Positions 14,482 to 23,720 are shown, counted from the first letter of the stretch. The stretch: 24,000 nt of DNA from Acidobacteriota bacterium (GCA_021833665.1 JAKBES010000005.1:1-24000); one strand, 5' to 3'. The notes: a model not told the origin generated them from the letters alone. Numbers and translations: made by a program.

Positions 14482-16575
14482 TCAGATTTCTCGGGGCACG
14501 ATCTCGCTCAGGTCCGCCACCCTGTTGAAGAGGCCCACGACGCGCTGGAGGAGGGCCAGCCGGTTGTTTTGGAGCGCGGTCTTGCCGGGATCCTTACCCT
14601 CCGGGTCGCACATGACCAGCACGTCGTCGAAGAACCTGTCCACGGACGGACGGAGGGTGGACAGCCGGCGGAGGGCGCTCTCGTAATCGCCCGCATCCAG
14701 CGCCCTGGACGCTTCCTCCGCGACAGCGCTGTAGGCTTGATAAAGGGCCCGTTCCGCGTCCCCCTCCTTATGACCCTCGGGGAGGAATTTCGAAGGATAC
14801 AGGCCATGTTCCGGAAGGCCCTTGAGGATGTTCCTGACGCGCTTGAAGGCCACGGACAGGTGATCAAAATCCTCGGCCGCCTCGTTGCGTACCCCGTGCA
14901 GGGCCTGAAGGCGGGCGTGCGAATCGGCCAGATCGTGAAGTCCCGTGGCCAGGACGGCGTTCACCTCGTCGTAGGCGAAGCCTTCGCCCTCCCACTTGTG
15001 CCGCGCGCGTTCTCCAAGGAACTGAACCAGCGGCTCGCTCCCCTGCCCCGCCCAGCGGCCGATCAGGTCCGCTAGGTCTTCCCGGCGCACGTCCGGCCGG
15101 ACCGCTTGGAAACGGTCTGACAGGATGGCCACGGCTCCAGACGCGGCCCGCCTCAAGGCGAAGGGGTCCTTAGATCCCGTGGGCGCCTGTCCGATCCGGA
15201 AGAACTCCACGAGGGTGTCCAGTTTGTCGGCAAGAGACACGGTCATCGCCACCGGGCCAGCGCTAGGCTTAGGGTCATAGTGCACCTTGATGGCCTCGGC
15301 TACGTCCGGGTCTTCGCCCTGGGCCTCCGCATAGAGTCCCCCAGCCACGCCCTGCAATCCCGTGAACTCCTTCTCCTGGACCAGGAGGGAGGCCAGATCG
15401 CACTTGCAGAGTTTGGCGGCCCTTGCGGCCTTCGCGGGGGCAGCACCGAAGTAGGGTGCCAGCTCCCTGGCATGGGCCTCCAACCTCACCGCCTTGTCGA
15501 AGTAGGTACCGAGCTTGGGATGGTAGACGATGCCCTTGAGCTCCTCGAGCCGTCGTTCCAGAGGAACAGCTTTATCGTGCTCATAGAAGAATCGCGCGTC
15601 CGACAGCCTGGACCGGGACACGTTCTCCAAACCGCGCCGGACGAGGCCCTTGGGGTCCGCCGGGGCGTCCATCACGGCCAAGAAGTAAGGCAGGGCGCAC
15701 CCCTGGTCGCCGAGAACCACGAAGAAGCTCTGGTGTTCCCGCAGGCACGCCACGAGGATCTCGGATGGCAGCGAGAGGAATTCAGGATCGATCCCCCCCG
15801 TGAGCACGCGTGGCCCTTCGCACAGGTAGACGAGCTTCTCCACGAGTTCCGGGTCTGACGGCACCCGTCCGCCCAGGGCGGCGGCCTGCTCCGCCAGCTC
15901 CGCCCGGATTCCGCGGCTCCGCTCTTCCGGGTCCGCCACTACGAACTCCCGCTCCAGCAGTGGAAAATAGTCCTTCACCGCCGGGATCTCCACGTGCTCC
16001 GAGCCGAAGATCCTCCGCCCCCGGCTCGCGCGCCCGGCCATAACGCCCTTCACGGCCAGGGGCACCACCTCGCCGTCCAGGAGCGCCACGACCCAGCGCA
16101 CGGGGCGAACGAAGAGGTACTCCCCAGCTCCCCATTTCATTGCCTTCGGGAGATACATGGCGTCCACGGCGGCGGGAACCGCTTCGGCCAGGATGTGCGC
16201 CGAGGTCCGCCCCTTTACGTCGCGTTCGAACCCGATGCAGCTCCCCTTGGGCCCCTGAACTTCGATGCACGCGGCCAGGTCCACGCTCTGCTTTCTGGCG
16301 AAGCCCTCGGCGGCCTTCGTCCAGGCGCCCGCGGCATCCCTGGCGATGGAGAGGGCAGGCCCTATCACCGTCTCCCGCCTGTCCTCCTGTCTCGCTGGCA
16401 GGCCGCGCAGGACGAAGCCGATGCGCCTCGGGGCAGCGATGAGGGCCTTTCCGGAGGGCGCCAGCCCCGCGGCCTTCAGGCCGCCCGTGACGCGGTCGAG
16501 CAGTTCTTCGGCTAGGCCCCGGACCATGCCGGCGGGGATTTCTTCCGTCCCGATTTCTAGGAGGAAATCAGCCAC
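14482..16575 (-). CDS. glyS: glycine--tRNA ligase beta subunit
   Basis: MADFLLEIGTEEIPAG N-terminus, 697 aa, overlapping glyQ by 8 nt. Confidence 0.96.
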   Translation of the reverse strand: MADFLLEIGTEEIPAGMVRGLAEELLDRVTGGLKAAGLAPSGKALIAAPRRIGFVLRGLPARQEDRRETVIGPALSIARDAAGAWTKAAEGFARKQSVDLAACIEVQGPKGSCIGFERDVKGRTSAHILAEAVPAAVDAMYLPKAMKWGAGEYLFVRPVRWVVALLDGEVVPLAVKGVMAGRASRGRRIFGSEHVEIPAVKDYFPLLEREFVVADPEERSRGIRAELAEQAAALGGRVPSDPELVEKLVYLCEGPRVLTGGIDPEFLSLPSEILVACLREHQSFFVVLGDQGCALPYFLAVMDAPADPKGLVRRGLENVSRSRLSDARFFYEHDKAVPLERRLEELKGIVYHPKLGTYFDKAVRLEAHARELAPYFGAAPAKAARAAKLCKCDLASLLVQEKEFTGLQGVAGGLYAEAQGEDPDVAEAIKVHYDPKPSAGPVAMTVSLADKLDTLVEFFRIGQAPTGSKDPFALRRAASGAVAILSDRFQAVRPDVRREDLADLIGRWAGQGSEPLVQFLGERARHKWEGEGFAYDEVNAVLATGLHDLADSHARLQALHGVRNEAAEDFDHLSVAFKRVRNILKGLPEHGLYPSKFLPEGHKEGDAERALYQAYSAVAEEASRALDAGDYESALRRLSTLRPSVDRFFDDVLVMCDPEGKDPGKTALQNNRLALLQRVVGLFNRVADLSEIVPREI

Positions 16576-17443
16576 GGGACACCTCCTCAGCCTGTACCGG
16601 TTTGCTGCGCTTTACGTAGGCCTCCGCCGCCCCGCATGCCAGCCGCCGGACGCGCTTGATATAGTCCGCCCGGGCCGCTACGCTGATGGCTCCCCTGGCG
16701 TCCAGGATATTGAAGGTGTGGCTGGCCTTGAGGCAGAAGTCGTAGGCGGGGAGATAGAGCCCCAGGTCGAGGAGGCGCTTGCTTTCGGACTCGTATTCGT
16801 CAAACCAGCGGCTCGCCAGATCGGTCCGGGCCGCTTCGAAGTCGTAGGCGGAGAACTGCCGCTCCGCCTCCCGCCTCATGTCGCCGTAGGTGAAGCGCTC
16901 GTTCCAGGGAATCTCGTAGATGTTCCCGATGCCGTTGAGGAACATGCACAAGCGCTCGATGCCGTAGGTGATTTCCACGGTGATGGGCCTCAGGTCCAGG
17001 CCCCCCGCCTGCTGGAAGTACGTGAATTGGGTGATTTCAGTGCCGTCCAGCATCACCTGCCACCCTACGCCCCAGGCTCCGAGGGTCGGGGCTTCCCAGT
17101 TGTCTTCCTCAAACTTGAGGTCGTGCTCCTTCAGCATGATCCCGAAGGATTGCAGGCTGGCCAGGTAGCGCTCCTGGATGTCGTCGGGACTGGGCTTGAT
17201 GATGACTTGAAATTGGTGGTGCTTCTCGACGCGCTGCGGGTTTTCGCCGTACCGGCCGTCCCGCGGCCTGCGGCAGGGTTCCACGTAGGCGCTGGCGTAG
17301 GGATCGGGGCCCAGAACCCGAAGGAAGGTTTCGGGGTTCATGGTGCCGGCTCCCTTCTCAAGGTCGTAGGGCTCGGCGATGAGGCACCCTTCCCCCGCCC
17401 AGAAGTGCTTCATCTTTTCAATGAGGGCCTGCATGGTGAGCAT
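16568..17443 (-). CDS. glyQ: glycine--tRNA ligase alpha subunit
   Basis: MQALIEKMKHFWAGEGCLIAEPYDLEKGAGTMNPETFLRVLGP...QVIIKPSP...EDNWEAPTLGAWGVGW is highly characteristic. GGAGAA lies 5 nt upstream of the ATG. Confidence 0.96.
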   Translation of the reverse strand: MLTMQALIEKMKHFWAGEGCLIAEPYDLEKGAGTMNPETFLRVLGPDPYASAYVEPCRRPRDGRYGENPQRVEKHHQFQVIIKPSPDDIQERYLASLQSFGIMLKEHDLKFEEDNWEAPTLGAWGVGWQVMLDGTEITQFTYFQQAGGLDLRPITVEITYGIERLCMFLNGIGNIYEIPWNERFTYGDMRREAERQFSAYDFEAARTDLASRWFDEYESESKRLLDLGLYLPAYDFCLKASHTFNILDARGAISVAARADYIKRVRRLACGAAEAYVKRSKPVQAEEVSRG

Positions 17444-17501
17444 CGTTGTTCTCCGAAGGATCGTCTCGCAAGCGTGATCGCCTGATCACCCGATAACCGA
17501 C

Positions 17502-18242
17502 TCATCCGCTGACGTGGTCCCCCGACGCGAGCGGCCTTCCCAGGTAGGAGACAAGCGCTAAATATACCACGGCTTTCAGGCCCTTCAAGGCTTCTGGGCT
17601 CGGGCTTCGGGCGGCCAAGCCGGGCAAGGACAAGCGGAACACGCCTCCGAGCGCCTCCCTGGTGGCGGAGGATACGTCGATGCCTTGCTCCAGACGGCTT
17701 CTCGCGCATTCCCTGCAGATCCATCCTCCCGCTCCCGCGTCGAAGTGGCCCGTTTCCTTGGCGGCGCCGCAATGGGCGCATCGGCCAGGGCGGCCGAGTA
17801 CCCCGTGGAGGCGGAGGAACCACGACGCGAAGTAGACCCAGGCCAGAGCCGGAGAGACCCCTGATCTCATGGCATCGAGCACCGCACCGACGAGCCTGTA
17901 GGTCTCCTCTTCGGTGCTGTGCTCCGCAAGCCCTCGGTCCAACACCTCCACGACGGCCAAGAGGATCCCAGCGGCGGGCCACCGGCCGAAGAGATCCAAG
18001 GCGCTCTCCTCCAGGTCGGCTGACATCAACGTGCCCAAGTCGCGGCCCTCTCTCAGGCTCAGGTCAACCCGCACGCGGTTGAGCGGTTCGAGGGCTCCCC
18101 TGAAAGACGACTTTGTACGCCGGGCGCCTTTCGCTACGGCCCGCACCTTGCCCTCGCGGCGGGTGAGCAGACACACGATCCACGAGGATTCGGTCAAGGC
18201 GCTTCGGGACAAGACGAAGGCATCCGAGCGGAGGGAGGTCAT
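17502..18242 (-). CDS. recO: DNA repair protein RecO
   Basis: N-terminal OB-fold signature DAFVLSRSALTESSWIVCLLTRREGKVRAVAKGARR and a C-terminal zinc motif CAHCG...CRECA. recO-glyQS is a common synteny. Confidence 0.88.
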   Translation of the reverse strand: MTSLRSDAFVLSRSALTESSWIVCLLTRREGKVRAVAKGARRTKSSFRGALEPLNRVRVDLSLREGRDLGTLMSADLEESALDLFGRWPAAGILLAVVEVLDRGLAEHSTEEETYRLVGAVLDAMRSGVSPALAWVYFASWFLRLHGVLGRPGRCAHCGAAKETGHFDAGAGGWICRECARSRLEQGIDVSSATREALGGVFRLSLPGLAARSPSPEALKGLKAVVYLALVSYLGRPLASGDHVSG

Positions 18243-18247
18243 GGGGA

Positions 18248-18275
18248 AGTGAGGAGTGAGGAGTGAGGAGTGAGG
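18248..18275. repeat. 4 perfect tandem copies of the heptamer AGTGAGG (minus strand CCTCACT), directly upstream of the recO start
   Basis: AGTGAGG at 18248, 18255, 18262 and 18269. The recO ATG is at 18242. Confidence 0.9.
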
Positions 18276-18384
18276 GGGAAAGGCAAGGAGGCCATCTCCA
18301 GTCGCGTTTCAAGAAAGGGGATTGGAACTACTTCTTCTTGTCCACCAAGGCGGGCTCGCGCCGCTCCCTTGCTTGGCACTTCTT

Positions 18385-18405
18385 ACTTTTCACTTTTCAC
18401 TTTTC
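18385..18405. repeat. 3 tandem copies of the heptamer ACTTTTC (minus strand GAAAAGT) spanning the stop codon of the Wzy_C-family gene
   Basis: ACTTTTC at 18385, 18392 and 18399, with a degenerate fourth unit. It encodes the ...KSETKSEK* tail. Confidence 0.85.
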
Positions 18406-19595
18406 GTTTCACTCTTCTCGCACGCCAGCCCCATGAGGAAAAAGAGCAGCGTGGCCACCTCCACGTCTCCGCCGTTGTACTCGAAGAGTCCTCCTACCAA
18501 GAAGGCCACCAGGGCCGCGAGGACGCCCCACTTGAGCGCAGCGTCTGGCTGGCGCCAGATCCGGACGATCACGGCCGCAAGAAAACCGAGAAAGAGGAGG
18601 AGCCCGACGAGGCCCGTCTGGAGAGCGATCATGAGGTAAAGGTTGTGACAGTGTCCCGTGGTCTGAAAACCGGCTGGGCGTCCCGGGTAATGGATGAACC
18701 GGGCGTAGGGCGCCTTGTAGGGCCCTGCGGTGAGCGAATAGGTGCCGGGGCCCCAACCCAACAGAGGCCTAGCGCGCCACTGCTCCAGCCCCGCCTTCCA
18801 GAGGTAGATGCGTTCCGCGCTGCTTGGATTGTTGAGATCCCACAGGGACCGGAACCGTGCTCGAACGGAAGGCGGGCCGGCCACCGCGAGGGCGAGCACC
18901 ACGACGACAGCCAGACCCGCCGCCTGAAGGATTTTCTTTCGCCCCCGCGGGTACAGGAGCACAGGAATCGCCGCCGCGAGCCCTACATAGTAGCTTCTGG
19001 CCAAACTCAGGATGATCCCTGCAAGGCCCGCCGCCATCCCCGCCCAGTGCATGGCGCGCCTTTTTTCATCTCCATAGAGGAGCAACCCTCCGAGGAGGCA
19101 GGTTCCGATGGCCATGGACCCCGCGTAGGTCAGGTGCTGGCTAAAAAACCCATAGGCGTTCACCGCGCCCACGGGAACTTTCTGAACCAGGGCCTGGTGG
19201 TGAAAAATGTCCGTTCCAAGAAAGAACTCGGTAAGGCTCGCGGGGATCGTGAGCACCATGGAAAAGGCCAAATAGCCGGACCACTTGCCCAGATGCTGTC
19301 TTACCGACCACGGGATGGCCGTCGCCGTAAGGAACGCCGTCCACGACCAAAAATTGAGGACGCCGTTCAACGCCTCGGCCCGAAGGGGGCTCACCAGGGC
19401 GCAAACGACCGACCAGCCGAACCACGCCGCGAGCAGGAGGGCGGGAGGGTCCGGGCGCCACCGGCCCCGGGCGAGGCGCGCCAGGAAGAACAGGGTGAGC
19501 CCCCCTTGAGCGGCGTTGAGCGCCGCGATGCTGAGGGGGGCGGCTACGGCGAAAAGGTAGAAAAAGAAAAGCTCAGCGGCGGCCACGGAAGGCAT
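18390..19595 (-). CDS. O-antigen ligase/polymerase-family (Wzy_C) integral membrane protein
   Basis: About 10 hydrophobic helices and a periplasmic loop followed by GHCHNLYLMIALQTGLVGLLLF, a Wzy_C-type His motif. The start is uncertain; it overlaps the upstream GT stop by 23 nt. Confidence 0.78.
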   Translation of the reverse strand: MPSVAAAELFFFYLFAVAAPLSIAALNAAQGGLTLFFLARLARGRWRPDPPALLLAAWFGWSVVCALVSPLRAEALNGVLNFWSWTAFLTATAIPWSVRQHLGKWSGYLAFSMVLTIPASLTEFFLGTDIFHHQALVQKVPVGAVNAYGFFSQHLTYAGSMAIGTCLLGGLLLYGDEKRRAMHWAGMAAGLAGIILSLARSYYVGLAAAIPVLLYPRGRKKILQAAGLAVVVVLALAVAGPPSVRARFRSLWDLNNPSSAERIYLWKAGLEQWRARPLLGWGPGTYSLTAGPYKAPYARFIHYPGRPAGFQTTGHCHNLYLMIALQTGLVGLLLFLGFLAAVIVRIWRQPDAALKWGVLAALVAFLVGGLFEYNGGDVEVATLLFFLMGLACEKSETKSEK

Positions 19596-20715
19596 CCCAT
19601 TCGGAGTCTACCAGGGCCCGCATCTGCGACACGTAGCGTTCCGTGGAGAATTTGGCCGCCTGGGCCGTGGCGGCTTCTGGCTTGAACGCATGGCCCGCGC
19701 GTTCAAAGCGCCTCAGGGTTTCCGCCAGCGACTCGGCCGAGGGTTCCCCGAAGAAGAACCCCGTAGCCTGCGAAACATCCTCCCCTTCGGGCGGGACGAC
19801 CGTCTCCAGAGCCCCGCCACTTCCGTAGGCGATAACCGGGGTGCCGGCCGCCTGGGCTTCCACGGGCGTAATGCCGAAATCCTCCTCGCCGCAGAACAGG
19901 AGGGCCCGGGCGCGGGCCATTTCCGCCGCCACGTCCGCGTCCGAGATTCGGCCGAGGAACTGCACCGAGGGTCCCGCCAGCCGCTTTAACCGAGCCATCT
20001 CGGGCCCGTCGCCGGCGATCCGCAATGGAAGGCCCAGCCTCGTGCACGCCACCACGGCCAAGTCCGTCCTTTTGTAAGGCACCATCCGCCCTACCACGAG
20101 GAAGTGCTCCCCGCGCTCGGCGGCGGGCCTGAATCTTCCCACGTCGACGGGCGGGTATACCACCGCGGCCTCCTTGCCGTAGACGCGGCGAATTCTGCGA
20201 GCTACGCATTGGGAATTGGCGATGTAGGCGTCCACGCGTCCGCCGGCCGCCGCATCCCAGAGGCGGACATAGTGGAGAACGGCCCGCGCGAGCCACGACT
20301 TGGGTCCCGCCGCCAGACCCGAGAGTTTGAGGTAGGAGTGGTACAGGTCCCAGACGTACCGGATGGGGGTGTGACAGTAGCAGAGGTGCAGGGTGTCGGA
20401 ACGCACGAGCGCTCCGTGGGCCACGCTGTGGCTGAAGGAGAGAACCACGTCGGGCCGCCCCAGGTCGAGCTGCTCGATGGCGAACGGGTACAGCGCGAGA
20501 AAGGCCCTATAGCGGTTCTTGAAGAGAGGCTTGTTCAGAAAAGTGGTGTGGATGAGGTGGCGGGAGATTTGGGAGTTTCCGAACTGGCGGGGATCGTAAA
20601 ACATGCAGTGGATGGGCGCATGGGGAAACTCGGGACAGAGCGCGTCCAAACACCGCTCCGCGCCGCCGAAATCCACCAGCCAGTCCTGCACGAACGCCAG
20701 GTTGAGGTCAGTCAA
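19573..20715 (-). CDS. glycosyltransferase, GT4 family (GT-B fold)
   Basis: The C-terminal half has FLVVGRMVPYKR...IAGDGPE...FLG...LFCGEEDFGITPVEAQAAGTPVIA, the EX7E-type Glycos_transf_1 signature. Confidence 0.9.
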   Translation of the reverse strand: MTDLNLAFVQDWLVDFGGAERCLDALCPEFPHAPIHCMFYDPRQFGNSQISRHLIHTTFLNKPLFKNRYRAFLALYPFAIEQLDLGRPDVVLSFSHSVAHGALVRSDTLHLCYCHTPIRYVWDLYHSYLKLSGLAAGPKSWLARAVLHYVRLWDAAAGGRVDAYIANSQCVARRIRRVYGKEAAVVYPPVDVGRFRPAAERGEHFLVVGRMVPYKRTDLAVVACTRLGLPLRIAGDGPEMARLKRLAGPSVQFLGRISDADVAAEMARARALLFCGEEDFGITPVEAQAAGTPVIAYGSGGALETVVPPEGEDVSQATGFFFGEPSAESLAETLRRFERAGHAFKPEAATAQAAKFSTERYVSQMRALVDSEWDAFRGRR

Positions 20716-20755
20716 TGGACCCGCTCCCTCATGGCCTCATCTCCTCATCTCCCCA

Positions 20756-21895
20756 TTACCCCTCTCCCAAACACAGCTCCGCGATCCGCTCCATCTGGCG
20801 TTCGGGATGGAACATCCGCTCCACGCGCGCTCGCCCCGCCTCGCCCATGCGCGTTCGCAGGAGCGCGTCGGCCACGAGGGGCTCGACCGTCTCCCGAATC
20901 GACTGGGCAGATTTGTCCGCGTGAAACCCCGTCACGCCGTCTTCCACGATTTCCGTCAGTCCGCCGCTCCGGGTGACGACGACAGGGAGGCCCCGGGCCA
21001 TGCCCTCCACGGCCACGAGGCCGAAAGGCTCATCCCAGCATGACGGTACCACCAGCACGTCGAGCGCGTCCAGGAAGGGCAAGGGTTCCACCATAGCGCA
21101 GGTCACGGTGATCCTGTCCGGGGCACGGGCCGCGAGGGCCTTCACGGCGGACTCCTCGTCCGGATCCTCGAAGTCGGCGGCGCCGGCCACCAGGAGCTTG
21201 AGGCGTGGATGGAGGGAAAGAAGGGGCATGAGGCCTTCCAGAAAGAGCCGCTGGCCTTTGGTTGTGGAGATCCTTCCGAGGACGCCCACAGCGATGTCCG
21301 AACCCCTGAGGGCGTACGCCGCGCGCGCGGCGGCACGATCGGCGGGCCGCTCCAGAAAGGGTGGGCTTACCCAATAGAGGACCTTCGTTCCCTTGTCCCC
21401 CGTCGCCCCGCGAAAGGGCCCCGCCACGGCCTCAGAGCAAAAGATGACCCTCCTCACCGACGGGCTGCGAAAACACCAACTCAGGAGCCGGTGCTCCAAG
21501 CCTCGCCGAAAAATGAGATGGAGGCCGCAGGCCACGGGGATCCCGCTCTTCTTCGATGCCCAAACCGCGGGAAGGACGGTGCGGGGGCCGTTGGCGTAGA
21601 TGAGGTCCGCTCCCTCCGCTTCGAGGGCACCCGCGATGGCGACGGCGGCACGGCGGGCGTGGACGAGGTAGCTCGCCTTCTCGCGAAGCGTCTTGCGCCC
21701 TGGCGTCATGGCAGGGAGGGGCAAGGCAATGACCTCGAAGTCCCCCGCCGCAAGATCGGAAGCGGTCCTTCCTTCTCCCGGGAGCATGACGCGGACCCTG
21801 TGGCCCGCGCCCCGGAACGCCCATGCCAGGTCCATCAGGACCCGCTGTCCCCCGCCCAGTCCCGCGTATTGATCCAGCATCAGGATACGCGCCAT
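20756..21895 (-). CDS. glycosyltransferase, GT4 family (GT-B fold)
   Basis: MARILMLDQYAGLGGGQRV N-terminus. The C-terminus has VGVLGRISTTKG...LLVAGA...VVPSCWDEPFGLVAVEGMARGLPVVVT. Confidence 0.9.
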   Translation of the reverse strand: MARILMLDQYAGLGGGQRVLMDLAWAFRGAGHRVRVMLPGEGRTASDLAAGDFEVIALPLPAMTPGRKTLREKASYLVHARRAAVAIAGALEAEGADLIYANGPRTVLPAVWASKKSGIPVACGLHLIFRRGLEHRLLSWCFRSPSVRRVIFCSEAVAGPFRGATGDKGTKVLYWVSPPFLERPADRAAARAAYALRGSDIAVGVLGRISTTKGQRLFLEGLMPLLSLHPRLKLLVAGAADFEDPDEESAVKALAARAPDRITVTCAMVEPLPFLDALDVLVVPSCWDEPFGLVAVEGMARGLPVVVTRSGGLTEIVEDGVTGFHADKSAQSIRETVEPLVADALLRTRMGEAGRARVERMFHPERQMERIAELCLGEG

Positions 21896-22027
21896 GAGCC
21901 AAGGATACGTGGCCAGGAGCCTGACGGCAAGGAGCCCCTGACAACGAACCCCGTCCGCAGGGCCGGAACCGCTCCGTCCGCACGTGGTCTATACGCTCAG
22001 CACCACGGTCATGAAAGGAGGCGCCCC

Positions 22028-22744
22028 ATGTTTGAGAGCTTGGGATACGACGGAAAACCGGAAGTCTCCGCGCGCAGGTTCCTGTCCCTTCCCCTGGCCG
22101 CGGCGGCCCAGGTGGGCGTGGCGTCCGTGTACGCCATCTACTCGCTGTTCAACGTGGAGGCTCTCCCCCCACCCACCGCATGGATCGCCCCATTTCCTGT
22201 GATCCCCATCAGCCTCCAAGGCGGGGGCCGGCCCAAAGCTCCCAATGAAAGCCCGCGCGCCCGTCGTGGCAAGGACGCGCCGATGGTCGCGCCGAACACT
22301 AAGGGGCTCGTCCCTCCGGAACGTCAGCCGGAGGCGGCACTCGGCGGCACGACGGATTTTGCCCGCGAAGGGCCAGGAATCCCTGGGTTGGAAGGCATCC
22401 CTCCCATCGGAGATTTCGGCCCTCAACCCACGAGCCCCATCGACATTCGGCCTCCCATTTTGAACGTCTGGGAGGTGACCCCACCCAAGCTCGTGCGCCA
22501 GGTCACACCCGCCTATCCCCCGGCTGCCCTCGCCATGGGGCTTCGGGGCCGTGTCACCTTGCAGGTCGTGGTGGACGAAAACGGCCGCGTCTCGGAGGTC
22601 AAAGTCCTGGGCCGCACGAATCCCATCTTCGATGGGGCAGCCATGGACGCCGTGAGGCAGTGGCAATACACCAGGCCGATCGCCCGAAGCGGCCAGGCCG
22701 TGGCGTGCTACATGACGGTGGTGGTGAGCTTCGAAACAAGATAG
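22028..22744 (+). CDS. TonB-family protein (TM anchor, Pro-rich spacer, TonB C-terminal domain)
   Basis: AAGGAGG lies 6 nt upstream of the ATG at 22028. The TM helix is LSLPLAAAAQVGVASVYAIYSLF. The C-terminus VTPAYPPAALAMGLRGRVTLQVVVDENGRVSEVKVL...FDGAAMDAVRQWQYTRP is TonB_C-like. The 5' 819 nt of the 511-aa ORF-track entry are antisense to the GT gene and are discarded. Confidence 0.8.
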   Translation: MFESLGYDGKPEVSARRFLSLPLAAAAQVGVASVYAIYSLFNVEALPPPTAWIAPFPVIPISLQGGGRPKAPNESPRARRGKDAPMVAPNTKGLVPPERQPEAALGGTTDFAREGPGIPGLEGIPPIGDFGPQPTSPIDIRPPILNVWEVTPPKLVRQVTPAYPPAALAMGLRGRVTLQVVVDENGRVSEVKVLGRTNPIFDGAAMDAVRQWQYTRPIARSGQAVACYMTVVVSFETR

Positions 22745-22789
22745 CCGGGGCCTTCAGCCGCGAACGCCGGGGCAGGATCCGCAGCGCCT

Positions 22790-23686
22790 TCAACCGAAGA
22801 GAGGATCGAGGAACAAGGCCGCCATGACAAGCAAGGCGAAGAGATTGATGTGCATGAACGCTCGCCGCAGGCGCTGGCGGCCGGCCGTCCCGAACAGGAG
22901 TCTCAGGGACACGAAGGCGAGCCAGGCCGCCGAGGCGGCCAGAAGGATGAAAGACGGGAAGGAGGCGGTGGCACCGAAGACGGGCACGAGGAACACGGAG
23001 ACGGCGGCGGTGCTCATCCACGTGACGGTAAGCCGCGTAAGGCCCGGGACCCCCAGGCGCCGCGTCAGGGTCGGGAATCCCCCGCGCTCGTAGTCGTCGC
23101 TGTACATGAGGAGCAGCAGCCAGAAATGGGGAACCTGCCAAATGAAGAAGACCGCGCAGATGGCCAGGAGCGCGGGGGCCTCCAGCTTTCCACCCGCGGC
23201 CACCCAGCCGATGGCCGGGGGCAACGCCCCGATGAGGGACCCGGGCAGGACGGCGAATGGAGTGACCCGCTTCAGCGGCGTGTACACGCCGTTGTACCAG
23301 ACCATGGCCAGGGCTCCCAGCAGAGCCGCGCCCACGCCGTGGGCGATCAGGAGGATCAGAAAGCCCGCCGCTCCCAACCCGAGCGCGATGGCCAAGGCGC
23401 CAGCGGGGCTGAGATAGCCCTCGGGCAGGGGGCGGTGCCGCGTGCGCACCATACGGGCATCCAGGTCCCGCTCCTGGACCTCGTTCATGGCGCTCGCGCC
23501 CATGGCGAGAAGCAGCGTCCCCAAAACCGCCGTGAGAACGCCGGGGCGCACGCCCCGCGCGAATGCCACGTACCCGGCGGCAGCCGTCACCGTGGACATG
23601 CCCGAGATGGGCACCTTGGTGAGGTCCGCCAGAACCTTCACGATCCCAGGCGTCTTGGCGTGCTCCAGAACCGCCGTTGTGCTCAC
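22790..23686 (-). CDS. ctaB: protoheme IX farnesyltransferase (heme O synthase, UbiA family)
   Basis: MNEVQERDLDARMVRTRHRPLP is the NxxxDxxxD / RT..RPL motif, and the protein is polytopic. The GTG at 23686 lies 6 nt after AGGAGG and gives a typical 298 aa. The longer ORF-track version overlaps the cytochrome c gene. Confidence 0.88.
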   Translation of the reverse strand: MSTTAVLEHAKTPGIVKVLADLTKVPISGMSTVTAAAGYVAFARGVRPGVLTAVLGTLLLAMGASAMNEVQERDLDARMVRTRHRPLPEGYLSPAGALAIALGLGAAGFLILLIAHGVGAALLGALAMVWYNGVYTPLKRVTPFAVLPGSLIGALPPAIGWVAAGGKLEAPALLAICAVFFIWQVPHFWLLLLMYSDDYERGGFPTLTRRLGVPGLTRLTVTWMSTAAVSVFLVPVFGATASFPSFILLAASAAWLAFVSLRLLFGTAGRQRLRRAFMHINLFALLVMAALFLDPLFG

Positions 23687-23720
23687 GTCTTTCCTCCTGG
23701 CGCCGGTTACGGCCTGCGGC

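Noticed and set aside
16265-17485. 406-aa ORF antisense to glyQ/glyS
   Set aside because: It is a GC-rich shadow ORF with Arg/Pro/Ala/Gly-dominated low-complexity translation. The opposite strand encodes unmistakable GlyQ/GlyS.
18270-19685. 471-aa ORF antisense to the Wzy_C-family gene
   Set aside because: The translation is Arg/Pro/Glu/Gly-rich (RRRKERRPRPK...) with no domain signature. The minus-strand frame gives a coherent polytopic membrane protein.
20104-20976. 290-aa plus-strand ORF over the GT4 genes (and similar ones at 22850-23728 and 3528-4214)
   Set aside because: These are shadow ORFs opposite genes with clear family motifs. They have no RBS and biased Arg/Pro/Gly composition.
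21209-22027. N-terminal 273 codons of the 511-aa ORF-track entry
   Set aside because: This part is antisense to the GT4 gene and the translation is junk-like. The real TonB-like gene starts at the ATG at 22028, which has AAGGAGG 6 nt upstream and a TM helix right after the start.
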